Under the pieces are notes generated by a model. It had not been told where the DNA came from and ran no database searches. It worked only from the letters and a program-made list of their open reading frames with translations. This document shows positions 1-9,898 of a stretch of 64,000 bases of DNA, piece after piece. Origin of the DNA: Desulfatiglandales bacterium (GTDB lineage: Bacteria; Desulfobacterota; DSM-4660; Desulfatiglandales; HGW-15); the NCBI GenBank assembly GCA_963667015.2, contig CAXXJJ010000001.1, forward strand, positions 160,001 through 224,000, read 5' to 3'. The position numbers were made by a program, and so were the translations under genes. The number at the start of each line of letters is the position of its first letter. Positions within the stretch are counted from its first letter, which is position 1.

Positions 1-183
1 TGCCCTATGGCCTATTTTTTCAAAGGCCTGCTCTGCCTCCTGAACATAGTTCTCTCCCACAATCTCGAGCCCTGCATCAATAGCCTCCAGGACCTCTTCC
101 GGGGTCCTGGTCTTTGCTGCGCCTACCAGTTTTACCCCTTCTGGCAGTTCTTCAAGTATATTCTTTACTGATTCTTTAATCAT
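1..183 (-). CDS. yggS: YggS/PROSC family pyridoxal-phosphate homeostasis protein (5' part; runs off window start)
   Basis: Manual translation from ATG at 183: MIKESVKNILEELPEGVKLVGAAKTRTPEEVLEAIDAGLEIVGENYVQEAEQ..., with the typical LV-A-K and GENYVQE motifs. Confidence 0.85.
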   Translation of the reverse strand, partial: MIKESVKNILEELPEGVKLVGAAKTRTPEEVLEAIDAGLEIVGENYVQEAEQAFEKIGHRA

Positions 184-225
184 TAAACTCTCCTGATCTT
201 TTATATCTCGCCCGCTCCCGCTGGT

Positions 226-325
226 CGCTAGAGCTCTCAGAGGACACAGAGAAAAACTTTTTATGTTTTTAAGTATATAAACTGTTTTTGCATTTCTCTG
301 CGCTCTCTGCGGGCTCTGCGAGAGA
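226..325. repeat. Intergenic imperfect inverted repeat built of CGCAGAG-like units (REP-like)
   Basis: Left arm CGCTAGAGCTCTCAGAGGACACAGAGAAA pairs with right arm TTTCTCTGCGCTCTCTGCGGGCTCTGCGAGAGA around an AT-rich loop. Confidence 0.6.
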
Positions 326-342
326 CATGCTTTTTGTCTTAC

Positions 343-1386
343 CTATAAATCCTTCCAGAACGCCCTGTGTATGTCCAGAGCCGGTTTGATTGCAAAATCC
401 ACTATGCGTTCATTGGCCCCGGCTAAAAGGTCCGGAATGCCGGCCCTGTTAACGTCAGCCAGTTCCTGAAGCACCGCCTTAACCGAATCCCGCTGCCCGT
501 TAATATGATACCCTCCCTCGAGGGTAATGACCAGCCTGCCTTTGCAGCATTCATCCGCAAGGTCCATCAGCAGCCTGGTAAGACCTGCAAAGCCATCCGG
601 TGTTACATTCATGCTGCTCAGCGGATCTTTATAATAAATGTCAAAACCTGCCGAGACAAGTATAAGGTCCGGTTTGTATTCAAGGGCAACAGGTTTAAGC
701 ACCCTGTTATAGATGGACACAAAATCACCGTCGCTGTACCCTGTGGGCAGGGGAATATTTAACGTGTATCCCTCTCCCTCTCCTGCCCCTGCTTCACCAT
801 ATGAACCGGTCCCCGGATAATGGGGATACTGGTGAGTGGAAAAATAAAGTATGGAGCTGTCCCGGTAAAATGAATGCTGCGTTCCATTGCCATGATGCAC
901 ATCCCAGTCCACGATAAGGACGCGATCATATCCGAGATCTTTTCTGGCATACATGGCCGCAATTGCTGCATTATTAAATATACAGAAGCCCATTGCCCTT
1001 GATTTTTCGGCATGATGCCCGGGTGGCCGCACCAGTGCGAATGCATTATCTATTTCACCGGCATCTACCATCCTCACGGCCTCACAGACTCCCCCTGCCG
1101 CAAGAAGCGCTGCCCTGTAAGAGCCGGCTGATGCCTGGGTGTCCGCATCCAGATACGTCAGATCAACTCCTTCGGTTGCAGCGATATGATCTATATAATG
1201 AGGAGAATGAACATAGAGAAGCTCGGATTCTTCAGCCTCCCGGACAGGCACATTTACAAGGATATCCTTCATATCCTGATCAAGCATTTGATAAATCGCC
1301 TCAAGTCGTTCAGGACATTCCGGATGACCTTCACCCATAAAATGTTCCATATACCTGTTATCCCGCACAATCCCGGTCTTTCTCAT
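343..1386 (-). CDS. Histone deacetylase family (class II-like) deacetylase
   Basis: HPECPERL, RPPGHHA, GFCIFNN, DWDVHHGNGTQ, SAGFD and LEGGY motifs; likely start MRKTG at 1386. Confidence 0.9.
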   Translation of the reverse strand: MRKTGIVRDNRYMEHFMGEGHPECPERLEAIYQMLDQDMKDILVNVPVREAEESELLYVHSPHYIDHIAATEGVDLTYLDADTQASAGSYRAALLAAGGVCEAVRMVDAGEIDNAFALVRPPGHHAEKSRAMGFCIFNNAAIAAMYARKDLGYDRVLIVDWDVHHGNGTQHSFYRDSSILYFSTHQYPHYPGTGSYGEAGAGEGEGYTLNIPLPTGYSDGDFVSIYNRVLKPVALEYKPDLILVSAGFDIYYKDPLSSMNVTPDGFAGLTRLLMDLADECCKGRLVITLEGGYHINGQRDSVKAVLQELADVNRAGIPDLLAGANERIVDFAIKPALDIHRAFWKDL

Positions 1387-1582
1387 TTCACGCCCCCATG
1401 TCAGAAATTTGATATAATACCTGAATTTTGCCCCGGACATCCAATTCGGCAAAGACGGGTTTTATCCCCCGTCGTTGCCTGGGCTTCACTGCGATAAGAA
1501 CCTGTATCTATGAACTTGATTCCCTTTAACCAATTCTGATACCATACCCCGCACAAAACATTAATAAAAAAGGTTTATTTCC

Positions 1583-1879
1583 ATGTTTTTTTTCATCGGA
1601 GGGATTCAGCCGAAAACGGTTGATATAGATAAAATGCCGGTGCTCTGCCCCTCATGCGGCCTGCTTCGCGCCAGGTATAAAAGGGTTGACCATTACCTTT
1701 CCCTGTTTTTTATTCCGGTTTTCCCGGTTAAAAAGGGGGAGCCATTTTTACATTGCGACAGATGCGGTGTACAGTCCGGTAATGGTCATATAAACAGCAG
1801 GGACCAATTCTGTAAAAATTGCGGAAGAAAACTGGAATCTGATTTTACATTTTGCCCTTTTTGCGGTAAATCATTATAA
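1583..1879 (+). CDS. Zinc-ribbon domain protein
   Basis: CPSCG, SLFFIPVFP, CDRC and CKNCG...FCPFCG Cys pairs. Confidence 0.75.
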   Translation: MFFFIGGIQPKTVDIDKMPVLCPSCGLLRARYKRVDHYLSLFFIPVFPVKKGEPFLHCDRCGVQSGNGHINSRDQFCKNCGRKLESDFTFCPFCGKSL

Positions 1880-1897
1880 AAAGACAAAGGCAGATAA

Positions 1898-2185
1898 ATG
1901 AAAAAAAAGAAAAATACACAGAGTGAAGAGATACTTGGCCAGCTGGAAGAACTGGCAGAGAACCTTGATGTAAAAGTCAGGTATGAGAAGATCCTTAAGG
2001 AAAGCGCGTTTTTCCCGGGGGGCTACTGCAAGGTAAAGGGAAAAGACTTCATAATAATTAATAAAATGGCTTCGCTGGATGACAAGGTGGAGATCATTGC
2101 CCGCGCACTACGGCTGTTTGACCTCGGCCAGATATATGTGCTTCCGGCGGTCCGGGAGCTGATCGACAGTTTCAGCAGCGACTAG
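1898..2185 (+). CDS. Hypothetical protein
   Basis: 95-aa ORF co-oriented with the upstream gene; GGYC-V-G and IYVLPAVRELI motifs look like a conserved small protein. Confidence 0.65.
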   Translation: MKKKKNTQSEEILGQLEELAENLDVKVRYEKILKESAFFPGGYCKVKGKDFIIINKMASLDDKVEIIARALRLFDLGQIYVLPAVRELIDSFSSD

Positions 2186-4023
2186 CCTTTACTCTTACCT
2201 TTTTTCTTTTTTCTATAATTGGTTCTCTGGTAAAGCTCCAGGTATCTTGCCAGGGCCTGCTTCATATCTTTTCTTTCGCATATCTCCTGAATACCCCTTA
2301 TATCGTGGTAATAATCAAGATTATCATAAATGCCTGCTGAAATATTATGCAGGGCCTGTGATCTTACCAGGTTTTCATCAACCTCAAAACCCCTGGATTT
2401 CATTACCCTTGGTCCTGTGAAGATAACAAGGGCACCCGGTTCGGCGATTGTTACATCACCAAGCGCTGCATAGCTCGCTATGGCGCCGCCTGTAGAAGGA
2501 TCTGCGAGGATAGATATATAGGGGAGGCCATGTTTTTTAAGACGGTCTACCGACTCGATGGTCTTTACCATCTGCATAAGCGCGGATATACCCTCGTAAA
2601 GCCTTGCGCCGCCCGAACAGCAGACGCTTATAAACGGCATGTTTTCCTGGATTGCATAATCCACGGCCCTTCTGAACTTTTCACCAAATACAACACCCAT
2701 TGACCCGCCGCAGAAGTAGAATTCACTTATTCCCATGACAACCGGGATGTGATGTATTCTGGCGCTGCCGACAACAAGCGACTCCTTAAACCTTGACCGG
2801 CCCTCCTGTCTCTGAAGAAAATCCTTGTAATAGTCAGTAAGAGATTCCTTTTCGAGCAGTTCATCCACCGTAAGGTTTCTGTAGAGTTCATGAAAGGTGC
2901 CCGTATCCGCAAGGCAGTCTATCCATCCCTCGGCACCCAGGGTATATGTAAATCCGCACTTGGGGCAGACGAGAAAATTATTAAAAAAATCTTCAAGAGG
3001 TATAAGCTCGCCGCATCCGCCGCTGTTCCTGTCCTTTCCGGGAACACCCCCGCATTCTATAAATTCCTTGCCTGTATTCTCATACTGGTTGCCGTAATCA
3101 TCGAATATTTCCGTCATGCCGGAATGGTTGACTATCTTGATGCTCGGCGGGACCTTCTGAAACAGGTGTTTCAGCGGATTTTCTATATATCGCTTTATAT
3201 CGTGGAGTGTGCCGCCGCCCTTTAACAGCCCAAAATTTTTGGCCTTTATCTGGCGTTTTTTAAGAAGCTTTTTGATTCTTGATTTGGAGAGATCCTTTAT
3301 TGATTTAACAAGAAACTGGTTAACATTCTCAGCCATCTCTTCAAGGTTTGTAACGGTTTCAGTGGAAGGAACAATTCGGTCAATGACTCCCAGTTTTTTA
3401 AGTTCCTTTGCAGTCGGCTTCAATATTGTGAGGGCATCACTGATTCTTTCCGCGTCTCTGAAGAGTATCGAGGCAGTGCTTTCGGGCGGGGCTGTTGCAT
3501 AAAGTGCATCATCCATTTGGCCTCTTATATCCGTATACTGGACCGCAAGGGCACCGCCGCTTCCGCCCTCGCCTATTACAAGGGATATTGTCCTCACGGG
3601 AATAGTAAGGAATTCCCTGATGAGATGGGATATAAAGAATGCCTGAAAATGTCGGGCGGATTCCATAGAGATATCCGCACCATAGGTGTCAACCATACAG
3701 AATATGTATGTTTTTTCAGGATTGCCTGCGCGTGCCTTTTTAAGGATATTCAGAATCAGCGAATGATCATCAGCGGTCAGCATGCCGTAATTAAGCTTGT
3801 TCAGATCGGACTGGCTCTGCAGATCGGCAAGCCTGGGCTTTTGCTGTCCTATTACATAAAGATCCTTTTCCATAAAGGAACAGGTTCCTGCTACCAGAGA
3901 ACCTTCGCCGCTTTCTATTTTATTAAATCCCGGGAAGAGTCTCTCAATAATATCAGAGCTTCTGGGACGCATGGGGTGCCTGGTACGCTTCTTAAAAATA
4001 TCTACAAGATCCATTTTTGCCAT
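2182..4023 (-). CDS. Acyl-CoA carboxylase carboxyltransferase, fused alpha (AccA-like) + beta (AccD-like) subunits
   Basis: N-half DTYGA and GEGGSGGALA (AccA-like); C-half Zn ribbon ...VCPKCG, GGSMG, SGGARLYEG and DPSTGG (AccD-like). Confidence 0.85.
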   Translation of the reverse strand: MAKMDLVDIFKKRTRHPMRPRSSDIIERLFPGFNKIESGEGSLVAGTCSFMEKDLYVIGQQKPRLADLQSQSDLNKLNYGMLTADDHSLILNILKKARAGNPEKTYIFCMVDTYGADISMESARHFQAFFISHLIREFLTIPVRTISLVIGEGGSGGALAVQYTDIRGQMDDALYATAPPESTASILFRDAERISDALTILKPTAKELKKLGVIDRIVPSTETVTNLEEMAENVNQFLVKSIKDLSKSRIKKLLKKRQIKAKNFGLLKGGGTLHDIKRYIENPLKHLFQKVPPSIKIVNHSGMTEIFDDYGNQYENTGKEFIECGGVPGKDRNSGGCGELIPLEDFFNNFLVCPKCGFTYTLGAEGWIDCLADTGTFHELYRNLTVDELLEKESLTDYYKDFLQRQEGRSRFKESLVVGSARIHHIPVVMGISEFYFCGGSMGVVFGEKFRRAVDYAIQENMPFISVCCSGGARLYEGISALMQMVKTIESVDRLKKHGLPYISILADPSTGGAIASYAALGDVTIAEPGALVIFTGPRVMKSRGFEVDENLVRSQALHNISAGIYDNLDYYHDIRGIQEICERKDMKQALARYLELYQRTNYRKKKKGKSKG

Positions 4024-4141
4024 AGGGACCAGCCTTTCACTTTATAAAAACAAGAAACAGGGTTTAGCATGCTTTTAAATTTGGATCAAGCCCCTGTGTT
4101 ATTTCCTGATATTTTCAAATTTATCACGATTTATCAAGACG

Positions 4142-7100
4142 TTAAGGTTTTTCTTCCTCTGTCGGCGCCTTTTCTTCCGTCGTCTCATTACCGTCTAATA
4201 CTTCAGGTTCGGTTTTTTTCATGCTCTTTTTTGACGCATTGCCTATATTTTCTATTAACCTTACAGGGGTAAGAATAGCCCTCTTTAACAATTGGCCCAG
4301 GCTCTTCAGATTTTCACTGGGGACAAGATCCATGTCAGGCTTGCTCCATGTGCCTTTCACATCATATCCTACTGTAAAGATAGTTTCATTTTCATCATCA
4401 TCGGACAAGATTGGGCCTACAACAGGTATCTTGCTTATGATATAATCCAGGTTTGTCAGGGGCTGGAGCAGCAGCCGTATCTTATGGGTCTGCGTGTACA
4501 GGTTTTCCTCACCCGAGCCTACTGCATTAAAGGCAGGACTTTTAATTATAAAATTGTCGGTCTTAAGTATCCCCTTTTCTATTACCCCGGCGCCCTCAAT
4601 AGAGTGAAAATAAAACCCTTCCTCTCCCCTCATGTCTTCAGGCCTCTGCCTGAATTTATCGGGTATATTCAATCCGTCCAGGATCTTGAGAAAAACCCTG
4701 GAGTTTCTGATCAACCCCCTGGTAACATGAATGCTGTCTATGTTACCTGATAGATTTTTAAGCAGGCCATTTTTTTTAGGCCCCTGGATATTAACAGATG
4801 CCTTCAGCGAGAGGGTTCCCTTGATGCCCATGTCACCAAAGCCTGTATCCGAAATCAGTTTCTCAACGGACTGATTATCAAGATTTATTCTGCCTTCAAT
4901 ATCGACTTTTCCGGAACCGGTTCGCCCGATGGTTCCGTTTACAGCTATATCACCGGTTTCAAGCTCGGCCTGGGCGTTTTTTATTTTAATATTTTTATCT
5001 GAAATATTTATATCGGTAACCAGTCTTTTAAACTCCAGCTTTCTCCAGATGCCACCGGAAGCGTTCAGCTTCAGGTCCATATCATATGTCTTTAACAGGG
5101 CTTTTTCAGGGCGGGCGGTTTTTCCGGCAGATACTCTCCTGTCCTTCATGACTATGTCAGTAAGGTCAAAATAATCGGCTGTTGCGAGCAGTTCACCTTT
5201 TAGATTGTCCCATCCCTGCAGAATTCCCTTCAGGTGCAGGGGATGTTCTCCGAACTTCATGTCCAGCCGGTCAATGAAGCCATTTTTACCCGAGAGGTCC
5301 AGGCGAAATGAACACCCGCTTATTGGCAGGGGTAAAAAACCGGGAATAAAAGATATATCGTCACCCGTAAGGTTCCCGTTTATCTGCATCCCTTTCATGC
5401 CTTTGCCCTGGAAATCAAAATCCAGGGTTCCCTTCAGTCTGCCGAAAAGGACATTCTCCGATCCTTTAAATCTGATACCCAGGTCTCCGATCGAGAGATC
5501 ACTGCTCATGATCCTGAGGGTATTTAATTTTTGATCTGTCAGACTGTATTTTCCTGACAGCAATACGCTGGAATTTCCAAGCCTGGCATTAATGCTGTTT
5601 ATATCCAGTTTACCGGTACTGTGCCTTAAGAGGTCGAAGGACACACTGTTTCCCCTGCCTGCTGCATGGTAGATAATGTCTTCCGACTCCAGGACGAGCC
5701 TTTCCGCATCAAGGCTGCCCCTGTATGCGTATGCCTCTTCCTGTCTGTCAATGGTTATATCGACGGGAAGGGATTCCCTGAATTTATATTTATCCGATTT
5801 AAGGCCTCTCTGAACCAGTTGATTCATATCTGCGTCGGCTGTAATCCCGGCATGTTTGATCAGGAGCCTGCTTTCGGAAAACTCCGTTATGCCTGTTATA
5901 CCGAACTGTGTATTACCAAGTGATCCCTGTCCTGAAAAGGTATTGCTTCCCTCCTCCGGGAAATGAAAGTCAATCTGAGTGAACCGCAGGGGAAGATCCA
6001 AAAACCTTTTGTGGAAAAGGGTGTCACTGAAGGAAAAATCTCCCCCAATGGTCCACGGGGATTCCAAACCCTTTTGGTAGCCGATGGTAGCGCTTGTCGT
6101 GAGTCTCCCGTTCAGTCCGCTGTATTCTTCTATCCTCAGCCTGGCTTTTTCGGGCATTACGTTCAGGCTGCGCTGGCTCATCAACTCCCGGATATCAAAA
6201 TCGCCGGCTGCAAACACCGTGAATACAGGGGGCCCGCCTATCATTCTGTCAACATTAAGCGATCCCTCTTTTATTTCCGATTCTCCGAATATCCCGCTCA
6301 GCCCGGAAATCTTAAGGCTGCCATTCGAGATGTCAACAGCAGCCGTGACCCCTGTAACAGGGATTTGTAAGCCCATGTTTGCTACAGTGAAATCCTTACA
6401 TGTAAGGTGCATCTCAAATATAGAATGGTTTTCCTTTGCCCTTATGTGTCTGAACTGATCAACCCTGCCGTCCAGGACAAGTTTATCCATTCTTACAATC
6501 CCGTCTTCAAACATGGGGAAGAGGGTATCTTCAAGCCATGACTTTGTTAATGGAAAAGGATAATTATCATTAAAGGTATGAACAGACATGAACTTACTTT
6601 TGGCAGCCATTCTAAAATAAGGGTCAGCCCGGTTGGTCAGGTCAATTATCATATCCAGATCAATATCGAGATCAGGTTTTTTCACATTAAGTGAATCGAT
6701 CCGGATTACCTGATCCTTCATTGAGGCATAAAGAACACAATCGAGTTTAGGGACGTTGAATTTCTTTGATTGTCCCATATGTGTCAGGGTGAAGGCTGCG
6801 GAACTGAAATTCAGGGTTCCTCCAAGCCTTATGCCCTGTGCCGGATCGCCTATTATGTTCAGATCGCAGTTCACGAGTCCTTTATTAAAATCTATTTTTT
6901 TACTGGACTCCGGGACCCAGGCAAGGGGGGTGTTCTCAGTTTTGAGCGCGGCGCTGAATACGCTATTGAGGATGTCATCCGGATTAACGTCTATTGTACT
7001 TTTTATGCTGAATTCGGATTTTTCATCTTTGCAGGTTACCCTGCCGCTGCCTGATACTTTGAATGTATTTGATGTCTCTTCAACATGCTCCAGTATTGCG

Positions 7101-7603
7101 GAAAACCTGTTCACTCTAAAACCCGAAGGCCCATCGATCAACAGTTCCCCGTCTTTAATATTAAACCTGTTCACACCGCTTCTGCATAAAACAGGCATCC
7201 TGCGGCTTCCGCCCTCACCCTTATTTAAAAAAGATTTTATGTCCGTTTCGGATATTTTTATTACAGGGTGCTCTATATCAACGCTGACAGGTATTAATTT
7301 ACCCGTTAACAGGCGCAGTTTGCTGAAGTTGATGGTCAGACTTGAGGCCGTAACACTGCATTTCTTATCCGTCCGGCACGTATCCACATCATGAATCTTA
7401 ACCCCGCAGGCGCCGAAGATATCCAGCTCCACCTTGCCGGTACTGGTTTCCAGACCATAACCGATACACACCTTTTGTAAAAGATACTGCTGGACCCCGG
7501 GTTTATGGATGAGTGCCGTTGCCAGGGCAAAGAGGGAAATTATCAGCAGGAAAAAAACACCTGACAGGATAATATATTTACGGATATCTTTTATGAATTT
7601 CAT
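4142..7603 (-). CDS. AsmA-like/YhdP family large beta-rich envelope protein
   Basis: N-terminal TM anchor, 1153 aa of repeated beta-strand segments, C-terminal KIPVVGPIL...VKGTWSKP motif typical of AsmA_2. Confidence 0.75.
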   Translation of the reverse strand: MKFIKDIRKYIILSGVFFLLIISLFALATALIHKPGVQQYLLQKVCIGYGLETSTGKVELDIFGACGVKIHDVDTCRTDKKCSVTASSLTINFSKLRLLTGKLIPVSVDIEHPVIKISETDIKSFLNKGEGGSRRMPVLCRSGVNRFNIKDGELLIDGPSGFRVNRFSAILEHVEETSNTFKVSGSGRVTCKDEKSEFSIKSTIDVNPDDILNSVFSAALKTENTPLAWVPESSKKIDFNKGLVNCDLNIIGDPAQGIRLGGTLNFSSAAFTLTHMGQSKKFNVPKLDCVLYASMKDQVIRIDSLNVKKPDLDIDLDMIIDLTNRADPYFRMAAKSKFMSVHTFNDNYPFPLTKSWLEDTLFPMFEDGIVRMDKLVLDGRVDQFRHIRAKENHSIFEMHLTCKDFTVANMGLQIPVTGVTAAVDISNGSLKISGLSGIFGESEIKEGSLNVDRMIGGPPVFTVFAAGDFDIRELMSQRSLNVMPEKARLRIEEYSGLNGRLTTSATIGYQKGLESPWTIGGDFSFSDTLFHKRFLDLPLRFTQIDFHFPEEGSNTFSGQGSLGNTQFGITGITEFSESRLLIKHAGITADADMNQLVQRGLKSDKYKFRESLPVDITIDRQEEAYAYRGSLDAERLVLESEDIIYHAAGRGNSVSFDLLRHSTGKLDINSINARLGNSSVLLSGKYSLTDQKLNTLRIMSSDLSIGDLGIRFKGSENVLFGRLKGTLDFDFQGKGMKGMQINGNLTGDDISFIPGFLPLPISGCSFRLDLSGKNGFIDRLDMKFGEHPLHLKGILQGWDNLKGELLATADYFDLTDIVMKDRRVSAGKTARPEKALLKTYDMDLKLNASGGIWRKLEFKRLVTDINISDKNIKIKNAQAELETGDIAVNGTIGRTGSGKVDIEGRINLDNQSVEKLISDTGFGDMGIKGTLSLKASVNIQGPKKNGLLKNLSGNIDSIHVTRGLIRNSRVFLKILDGLNIPDKFRQRPEDMRGEEGFYFHSIEGAGVIEKGILKTDNFIIKSPAFNAVGSGEENLYTQTHKIRLLLQPLTNLDYIISKIPVVGPILSDDDENETIFTVGYDVKGTWSKPDMDLVPSENLKSLGQLLKRAILTPVRLIENIGNASKKSMKKTEPEVLDGNETTEEKAPTEEEKP

Positions 7604-7626
7604 TTGAACTGCTTAAATCAACAGGG

Positions 7627-8073
7627 TTATTCAGGCTTCTCAGGGTGCGAAAAATAATCCGTGCAGATTTTTCTATGATCAAAGGCCATATTATCTGGCA
7701 GGTTCTCCGATGTAAAAACCTTCGCGGACAAAGCATCATCCGCAGCCACGGGCATACCGTCTGCCTCGGCAATAAAGACCACGGATAATGTATGATGTCT
7801 TGGATCTCTGTCAGGGTCGGAATAGGCCCCCAGTTGCGATATGAGCCTGACATCCAGGGAGGTTTCCTCCTTTGCCTCTCTCACTGCGGCGGTTTCAAGG
7901 CTTTCTCCATAATCAACAAATCCGCCCGGCAATGACCAGCCGTATGGCGGATTTTTTCTGTCTATTAATACAATACCTCCCTGTACACGGATTATTATAT
8001 CCACGGTAGGAAAGGGATTCCGGTATTTTTGGACCGTCGCACCGCAGGCAGGACATTTGAGCGAATCTTGCAT
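7627..8073 (-). CDS. Nudix hydrolase (ADP-ribose pyrophosphatase-like)
   Basis: Nudix box [25 protein letters not shown]-terminal CPACG; RDPRHH. Confidence 0.9.
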   Translation of the reverse strand: MQDSLKCPACGATVQKYRNPFPTVDIIIRVQGGIVLIDRKNPPYGWSLPGGFVDYGESLETAAVREAKEETSLDVRLISQLGAYSDPDRDPRHHTLSVVFIAEADGMPVAADDALSAKVFTSENLPDNMAFDHRKICTDYFSHPEKPE

Positions 8074-8087
8074 TATGATTGTCTCTT

Positions 8088-9578
8088 TTACAGATTATAT
8101 TGTGAGATCAGTCTTGACAGATAGGTCCTTTGAATATCCATGATCTTGGCAGCCTTGCTCCTGTTTCCGCCTGTGTGTTCAAGGTTGACCTTTACAAATT
8201 CCTTTTTGAATTTATCAAGGGCATCCTTAAGTGTCAATCCTACTTCCAAACCAGGCTGTTCCACTTCGTGTGCGCCGATAGGAAGGTCTTCAGGCATTAT
8301 TTCCTTCCTGTTTCCCATTACAACTGCGCGTTCCATGGCATTCCTGAGTTCCCTTACATTGCCGGGCCAGCTATACCTGACCATCTTATCAAGGGCATCC
8401 TTTGATATGCCCAGTTTATGAATACCTGTTTCCGCCCTGAACATGTCTAGAAAATAGTCTGCAAGGAGAGGTATATCGTCTTTTCGTTCACGCAGGGGAG
8501 GCATCTCAAGCTGGACTACATTAAGTCTGTAAAAAAGATCCTCTCTGAACCTTTCCTTTGTGATCTCCTTGGGGATATCCCTGTTGGTTGCCGCTATAAT
8601 CCGGACATCTACGGTGATAGACTCTGTGCCTCCCACCCTGTAGAAAACACCTTCCTGCAATACCCGGAGAAGTTTTGCCTGCATGCCCGGAGACATCTCT
8701 GCTATCTCATCGAGGAATATGGTGCCCCTGTCTGCCAGTTCAAATTTACCAACCTTTCTTCCTGTAGCGCCGGTGAATGCCCCCTTTTCATGGCCGAAGA
8801 GTTCATCTTCGAGCAGTGTTTCGGGCAATGCTGCGCAGTTGAGGATGATAAGGGGCTTGGTCTTTCTTTGCCCGGCCTGATGTATGAGTCTTGCCAGGAG
8901 CTCTTTTCCTGTGCCGCTTTCCCCCAGAATCAGAGTAGTTGTCTTTGAGTTCGCGACCTTCAGGGCATCATATATGACTGTCTTAAGTCGTTTTGACTCT
9001 CCGACTATCTGATACTTACCGCTTAGTTCTTCCTTTAAATTTCTGTTTTCCCGTTTGAAATGGTCCATTTCCCTGGCATTGTGAATAGCCATGGATGCCA
9101 GATCGGCAATGCTTGAAAGCATCTTCATATCCTCGGGAGTGAAAGAGGACCCGTCTTCCTTGTCAATTATCTCGACAACCCCTATTACCCTGTCATCTAC
9201 CTTCATGGGGACACAGGCAAGGGACCTGGTCTTAAAGCCCGTGTGTTCACTTATTTTTTTATCCCATCTCGGGTCAAGGCTTACATCAGGGATCAGGAGT
9301 GGTTCACCTGACTGGGCAACATAGCCGACTATGCCGTCTCCCAGATCGATCTGGAACTGCCTGACCTCGCTTCCCTTTTCACCCGTGGCCACCTTGAAAA
9401 AGAGCTTTTGTGTCTTTTCATCCAGCAAAAGAAGAGAGCTTGCTTTTGCTGACATCATTCTTGTGGCGCTGTTAATGATAAGTTCCAGCAACTCATCCTG
9501 ATCAAGCACCGAGTGGAGCCAGCTTGATATTTCCTTGAAATATTCTAATGGAAGACCGCCCGTGTTCTTTACATCCAT
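8088..9578 (-). CDS. Sigma-54-dependent transcriptional activator (GAF-AAA+-Fis HTH)
   Basis: N-terminal GAF domain, [28 protein letters not shown]-terminal HTH; start after GAGGAG RBS. Confidence 0.92.
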   Translation of the reverse strand: MDVKNTGGLPLEYFKEISSWLHSVLDQDELLELIINSATRMMSAKASSLLLLDEKTQKLFFKVATGEKGSEVRQFQIDLGDGIVGYVAQSGEPLLIPDVSLDPRWDKKISEHTGFKTRSLACVPMKVDDRVIGVVEIIDKEDGSSFTPEDMKMLSSIADLASMAIHNAREMDHFKRENRNLKEELSGKYQIVGESKRLKTVIYDALKVANSKTTTLILGESGTGKELLARLIHQAGQRKTKPLIILNCAALPETLLEDELFGHEKGAFTGATGRKVGKFELADRGTIFLDEIAEMSPGMQAKLLRVLQEGVFYRVGGTESITVDVRIIAATNRDIPKEITKERFREDLFYRLNVVQLEMPPLRERKDDIPLLADYFLDMFRAETGIHKLGISKDALDKMVRYSWPGNVRELRNAMERAVVMGNRKEIMPEDLPIGAHEVEQPGLEVGLTLKDALDKFKKEFVKVNLEHTGGNRSKAAKIMDIQRTYLSRLISQYNL

Positions 9579-9839
9579 AGTTACTCTCCTCAACTGACCG
9601 GTTTATTTTCTGTAATTCGTGTAATTCGATTTGCCTGTTAATTATTCGGTAAATTATAGCATTTCTTTAGCAATTGTGTATATTTTTTTTTACAACAATG
9701 CAAATAATGATTTTCGTGTATATTATTTTGCATTTTATTCATAAAATCAATACATAAAAGATAAGGTCCTATAAAATTATTTGATTAATATTAATAATAA
9801 ATACAGCGTGTTATCATATAATTTCAGGTAATTCCGGTA

Positions 9840-9855
9840 TGGAACAGGTCTTGCA
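9840..9855 (+). promoter_or_regulatory. Sigma-54 (-24/-12) promoter
   Basis: TGGAACAGGTCTTGCA matches TGGCAC-N5-TTGCW spacing; candidate enhancer TGTA-N10-TACA at 9677-9694; divergent from a bEBP gene. Confidence 0.7.
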
Positions 9856-9898
9856 CCTGAAGATAAAAGCATAATTATACATCATATTGAGGTGACCC

